A DNA stretch of 64,000 bases from Takakia lepidozioides (taxonomy: Eukaryota > Plantae > Bryophyta): contig CM060732.1 of assembly GCA_030704615.1 (NCBI GenBank), positions 11,036,001 to 11,100,000 on the forward strand, read 5' to 3'. Each line of letters starts with the position of its first letter. The stretch's first letter is position 1. A model generated the notes under the pieces. The model did no database searches. It had not been told where the DNA came from and worked only from the letters and a program-made list of their open reading frames with translations. Positions 59,459 to 64,000 of the stretch are shown here, piece by piece. A program made the translations under genes and the position numbers.

Positions 59459-59786
59459 TGTTGACACAATGACATGAAATACAATACCATCACTCGTTAA
59501 ACTAAGAGTCGAGCCAAGGGCACCCCAAGCTATGGGGACTCCACCCCACAACATCCTATTCTCCCTTCATAAGCACACTCAGATTCTAAGCAGTGAAGGA
59601 GCTCGGTCGTGCAGGCTCAACTCGAGAGAGATGAGCTGCACGACTGACGAGCTCGTGAAGATAAGATGGTTCAGGTGTCAAGCTAAACTTGACACCTGAC
59701 TTAACACTTGAACTAATTCCAAGTGTTAAATACAAATAACTAGATTTATTCTAGTTAGTTTCACACTGTGTTTATTTAACTTGACA
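59459..59786. repeat. Possible solo LTR of an unrelated family
   Basis: Bounded by TGTTGACA...TTGACA, contains three adjacent hairpins; single copy, TSD not verifiable. Confidence 0.3.
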
Positions 59787-60132
59787 GCTGTCGTGCGCAT
59801 ACGTATCGCTACACAACTACATCATTGTCCAAACCACACCACACATATATGCACAATAAAGTAGTCTGCCACAATCGCCCCCCTAGCTGGTGGTTAGGTC
59901 CCTGTAACTCCAGATAGCTACAAGATGTAATAGCCACAGCCGTACTAAGTCCTCTATCACTGTCCCTATTGTACTCAAACTCTATAGACCAAGAGGCCGG
60001 GTACAAGAGCAGCCCCATCGTTAGTCGCCGTCTTGCAATCTGTGAACTTGAGCCAGGATCTCGTGTGTTCAAGGTCTCTAGTAGCTTGGCCTTGCATTTC
60101 TTGTTAGCCTTCCATGGTTGTATCCACTCCCA

Positions 60133-60275
60133 CTATCCAATGCAATGCGGACATAACCAATCCCCATCAGGAACCATCTCAAGAGGTGGAGTCAAGCATC
60201 CCATATGCCAACCTCTAGAGCATTGATCACACACCAGCATGGTGGCTGCCCCTCTAGCAGACCCACACAACATGC
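60133..60275 (-). CDS. PHD finger (C4HC3) at the integrase C-terminus
   Basis: CMLCGSARGAATMLVCDQCSRGWHMGCLTPPLEMVPDGDWLCPHC: complete C4HC3 pattern with the conserved Trp. Confidence 0.9.
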
Positions 60276-63200
60276 ACCTCAAACTTGCAGGTACCACTGC
60301 CAGGTTTGGGTCAACCCTTCCATCAACATTGGAAGGTGACATGCGGCAATTACGCACATGGTCCTTCCAAATCATGCCCCGACCTCCAAGATCAGACTCC
60401 TGAGGGCAACACCTCTCGAACCCTCAAAATAGTACGTCCTGCAGTCACATCCAAGGTCGTAGGAGCAGTCTGCTGCAGATAAACATAGTCACCAGGGTTA
60501 AATCTCCGAACCCCAGGACGATAGCCCCCACCACGTATGGTAGCATACCTCAACGTATCACGATGTTGTGCAATGGCAAGGTTCTCGAAAGCCATGGGCA
60601 TGACTTTCTTGAACAACTCTGCACGCTGATCACATGCACGTGCCCACATGTCCGGATCGTCAAGGTTGAGAACTGTAGCAGCTTCTCTACGAATGGATGC
60701 AGGCAAATCCGGCTCTCGGCCAAAGAGAAGAAAGTATGGTGAGAAGGAGGCAAGTGATGCTTGCTTGCTGAACCTGTAGCCCATGGCTAACCAAGGTAAC
60801 TGAAGGTCCCAATCTCCTAGGTGTCCCTTCTGCAAGCCATACTTGCGCAAACCCCTCTTCACTGTCTGAACAACCTCTCTGCCAAGCCATCGGCCTCAGG
60901 ATGATCCCGAGAAGTGGTGCGGTGGTCTACCAAGGCCTTGTCACACAAGCCTGAAACTCCCCCAAGAACTCTCTCCCTTGGTCCGTGAGTACCTCAGCTG
61001 GAGCACCGAATCGGCTAAGTACACAATCCAAGAATGCATACGCAGCTCCCTCACTAGCCTTATCAGGCAATGGAACCAACTCGATCCACTTGGAGAAGTG
61101 CTCCACCATCACCAACACGTACTTGTTGTGGCGCATGGTCAGTGGCAACGGCCCTGCGAAGTCAAGACTCACCTGTAGCCCAATCCCATGATCGGAAGAG
61201 GGTGCAATTGTGGAGTAGGGGCGTTGAATGAAGCACGCACCCTGTCACACACCATGCACCTAGCCACAAATTGTTGCACCTCTGTGTGCATACCACGCCA
61301 CCAATACTGCCCCTGCAGTAGACTATGAGTGCGTCGCACCCCAAAATGCCCCAACTCCTCATGGGCATGCCGCACTAACCGTGCCCGCTGTGTTGGGTGA
61401 GACACTCGACCATCCTCCCACACTCGGAGCAGGTGTGTCTCCTCCCACTTGAACCTCTTGGCTCGTTGTAGGATCCGATCCCTCTCCTTGGCAGTCACAG
61501 TGGCTGCCGTGTCTCCAGTGCGGAGGTAGTCCAACACAGCTGAATCCTCATGTATATCTTTGGCGCCACCTTGCTCATTGCTGGCCTCAGGGTCCTCAGA
61601 CACTGATCTACAGTCATCCCTGTTGTAGGTCCAACCTGGCCTTCCGCTGCCAAGATACACAGAAATGCAGATGCATGCCATCCGGGCACCATCTCCTCGT
61701 CCGTCTCACCATGCCACCGAGCTCCAGTGTCATCCTGCTGGCTCGTGCATGGATTGCGACTCAACCCATCTGCATCCCGATTGACCAAACCCGGTCGATG
61801 CACAACCTGAAAGTCATACTCTTGAAAGATGAGTGCCCACCGTGCAAGCTTCCCCGTAAGCTTGTCTGACTCCATCAACCACTTGAGTGGTTGGTGATCC
61901 GTGACAAGGGTGAAGAGATTGCCGTATAGATAGCACCTGAAGTGTGCCACGGCCCACACTGCAGCTAAGCATTCTCCCTCATATGAGCTATACTTAGACT
62001 CTGCAGCGTTGTTCGAGCGGCTAGCATAAGCCACTACGAACTCTCTTCCCTCATCATCCACCTGTGTGAGCACCGCTCCAAGCCCCAGCATGCTCCAATC
62101 TGTATGCAGCTGAAAAGGACGCCCCCTGATAGGTCGTCTCAAGATGGGCGCCGAGGTCAACCTCGCCTTGAGCTCTTGAAAAGCTTGTTCTTGCTCATCT
62201 TCCCACTGCCACTCCTGGTCCACCTTGGTCAGTTTGGTTAGAGCCTTTGCAATGGCACTAAATCCCTTAACAAACCGTCTATAATAGTTTGCTAAACCCA
62301 TGAAAGCTCGAACTCGGCTCACATCCGTGGGGCGTGGAATCTGTGCAATGGACTCTACCTTAGTCTGCTGTACCCCCAATCCTCCAGGATATATCATGTG
62401 ACCCAGATACTCAATTTGGTTGTGGAAAAACTTGCACTTCCCCGGATGTAACTTCAATCCGTGCGCCCTCAAGCGCTCAAATATCACCTGAAGGTGTCTC
62501 TCATGCTCCTCCACCGTAGCACTAAAGATGATGATGTCATCTATGTAGCACCGAGCAAACTCCACCCCTGCTAGAATCCTGTCCATGACTCTCTGAAACT
62601 CTGCCGGAGCGTTCTTAGCCCTAAGAAAACTGGTGATATCCGGATCGTAAATCCAAAGTGCTAAAGACCTTGGCATGCCCAATGGCATCAAAGATCTCCT
62701 CTGGTGTCGGCATGGCATACCTATCGGACTTGGTCTGACGATTTACAGGCCGGTAATCACCGCACATACGTCTCTCCGTCCAATTGCCATAGACATCCTT
62801 CTTGGCTGGCATCACTGTGGCTGAAGCATACTCTCCCCCAGATAGCTCCACCAAACCAGCCTCCCAAAGGTCCTGAGTTCTCATCTGAATCAAGGACCTC
62901 TCCATGTCACTGTATCTATAGGGTCTCCGAAAGATTGGCGTGTCAGTAGCCAATTCAATGCGAATCTCTTGACCCTTCAGTGCTCCTAAGTCCTTCAAAC
63001 TGAAGGCAAAGCAGTTCCTGTAAGCCCTCAAGAACCGCCGTATACGTCGTCTCTCTCCTCCGGTGACTATAGGTCCAACATCAGGCTCCCAGTTGTCCTC
63101 CGTGACTGCAACCTTGAGTCCAGCAGGCTTAGAGGTAGAAGACGCGTCCCGTGGTTGCTATGCTGCAACCTCTTGAGCAGTGACCACTGCCTCCTCTGTC

Positions 63201-63449
63201 AGTGACAATGTCTCATCCTGCCCCATCATCCCATCCTTGAGGACCTCCTCAACCCGAGAAAAATCCCCAACCTCATCCATCAGCCGCCTTGGCTGCCAAC
63301 TCCTTTGAACCTCGAGCACCTCCCACGTGTGCCATGGATGCGGCCTGCACCTCGTGGTCCTCACCTGTTCGCCCCCACTCGCTGCCTGTACCGTCTCGGT
63401 AGGCAGGGAGACCATCAAGGGAAGTGTACTCCGTACTCTGCGCTGCTCA

Positions 63450-64000
63450 GCCATAGCCAAGCTGATAATCCAGGTCAAGCAATTGAGATCCATTGCTTGC
63501 CCCAACACCTGACGACGTGATGCCTCAGAAAGAGATGGCACCGCCGTGGTACCAGTGGTAAAACCCATCGCCCGCTCGCGCTCGTCAGCATTGGGCTCCA
63601 CTAATTGCTGCAACTGGCTATCCCACAAGAGGCCAGGTCCACCATCCCGGAAAGCATGAGATCCTGGAAAGCTGAGCAGTGTAGGCAATGCGGCTCGTGG
63701 GTGACCCACCTTATTGACCACTGCCAAAGGTGATCGGTCATCGTGTCTCACACGCTGAGACTGTCTCCCTATGTCCAAAATGCTATCCACCGTCAGGTGT
63801 GGTGGCCGCTGCACCCCATCAAATGCACGCTTGAGCAGTGCAGGTGGCATCAAGTTGGTCCACCATAGTCGTGGGCGATGAGCCCGTGACCCCACTGCAG
63901 CTGCATCCAGCAACACTGCACCGCACTTGATGCACACTGGCCATCACCTTGGCCCGAGAATCACCCATCAATGGCACATTCTCCAAGATATATGCTGGAG
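63450..64000 (-). CDS. DNMT3-like C5 cytosine methyltransferase catalytic domain (C-terminal half) embedded in the retrotransposon polyprotein
   Basis: Motif VI YILENVPLMG (ENV at 63983-63975, one frameshift upstream of ORF 63158-63937), motif VIII LLDAAAVGSRAHRPRLWWTNL, motif IX ERERAMGFTTGTT, motif X RRQVLGQAMDL. Order and spacing match DNMT3 (WLFENVVAMG; IDAKEVSAAHRARYFWGNL; EMERVFGFPVHYT; RQRLLGRSWSV). Confidence 0.85.

Larger units (their letters stand above)
59789..64000 (-). mobile_element. Ty3/Gypsy element (copy B) with pol order DNMT - RT - RNase H - integrase - PHD; continues beyond the window
   Basis: RT (CGDYRPVN 62621-63031; YIDD in 61495-62718), RNase H (TDWSMLGLG, TDHQPL), integrase (61169-61681, 60927-61172, 60392-60862), PHD (60133-60275), PPT aggggggcgat 59874-59884, LTR 59789-59873. 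A few frameshifts. Confidence 0.92.

Noticed and set aside
63450-64000. Host DNMT3/DRM gene merely adjacent to a retrotransposon
   Set aside because: No introns, no LTR or PBS between it and RT, and it shares the RT reading frame; disfavoured, though the upstream sequence is needed to exclude it fully.

Overview
Eukaryotic land-plant DNA, most likely a bryophyte (spliceosomal GT-AG genes, an ORS-type polyketide synthase, chromovirus retrotransposons). The left 25 kb is gene-rich: an ORS-like type III PKS (-, 3' end outside the window), a very long WPP domain-associated (WAP) coiled-coil gene (-) and, divergently, a copine/BONZAI gene (+) with two duplicated 62-nt exons that can only be used mutually exclusively. 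25.8-37 kb is a cluster of 4-5 copies of an unclassified ~2.5-kb non-coding element ending in a long palindrome, with a nested hAT element and a LINE 3' fragment. 37.8-50 kb is one chromovirus Gypsy element nested inside another, followed by an FCP1/NIF-domain fragment and a 500-N gap. After the gap are a 5-exon GDSL lipase and two tail-to-tail copies of a Gypsy family with very short LTRs and a PHD finger after integrase. The longer copy also carries a DNMT3-like C5 cytosine methyltransferase domain upstream of RT. That methyltransferase + PHD retrotransposon and the copine exon switch are the best leads. Exon boundaries and protein alignments were made by eye, without searches.
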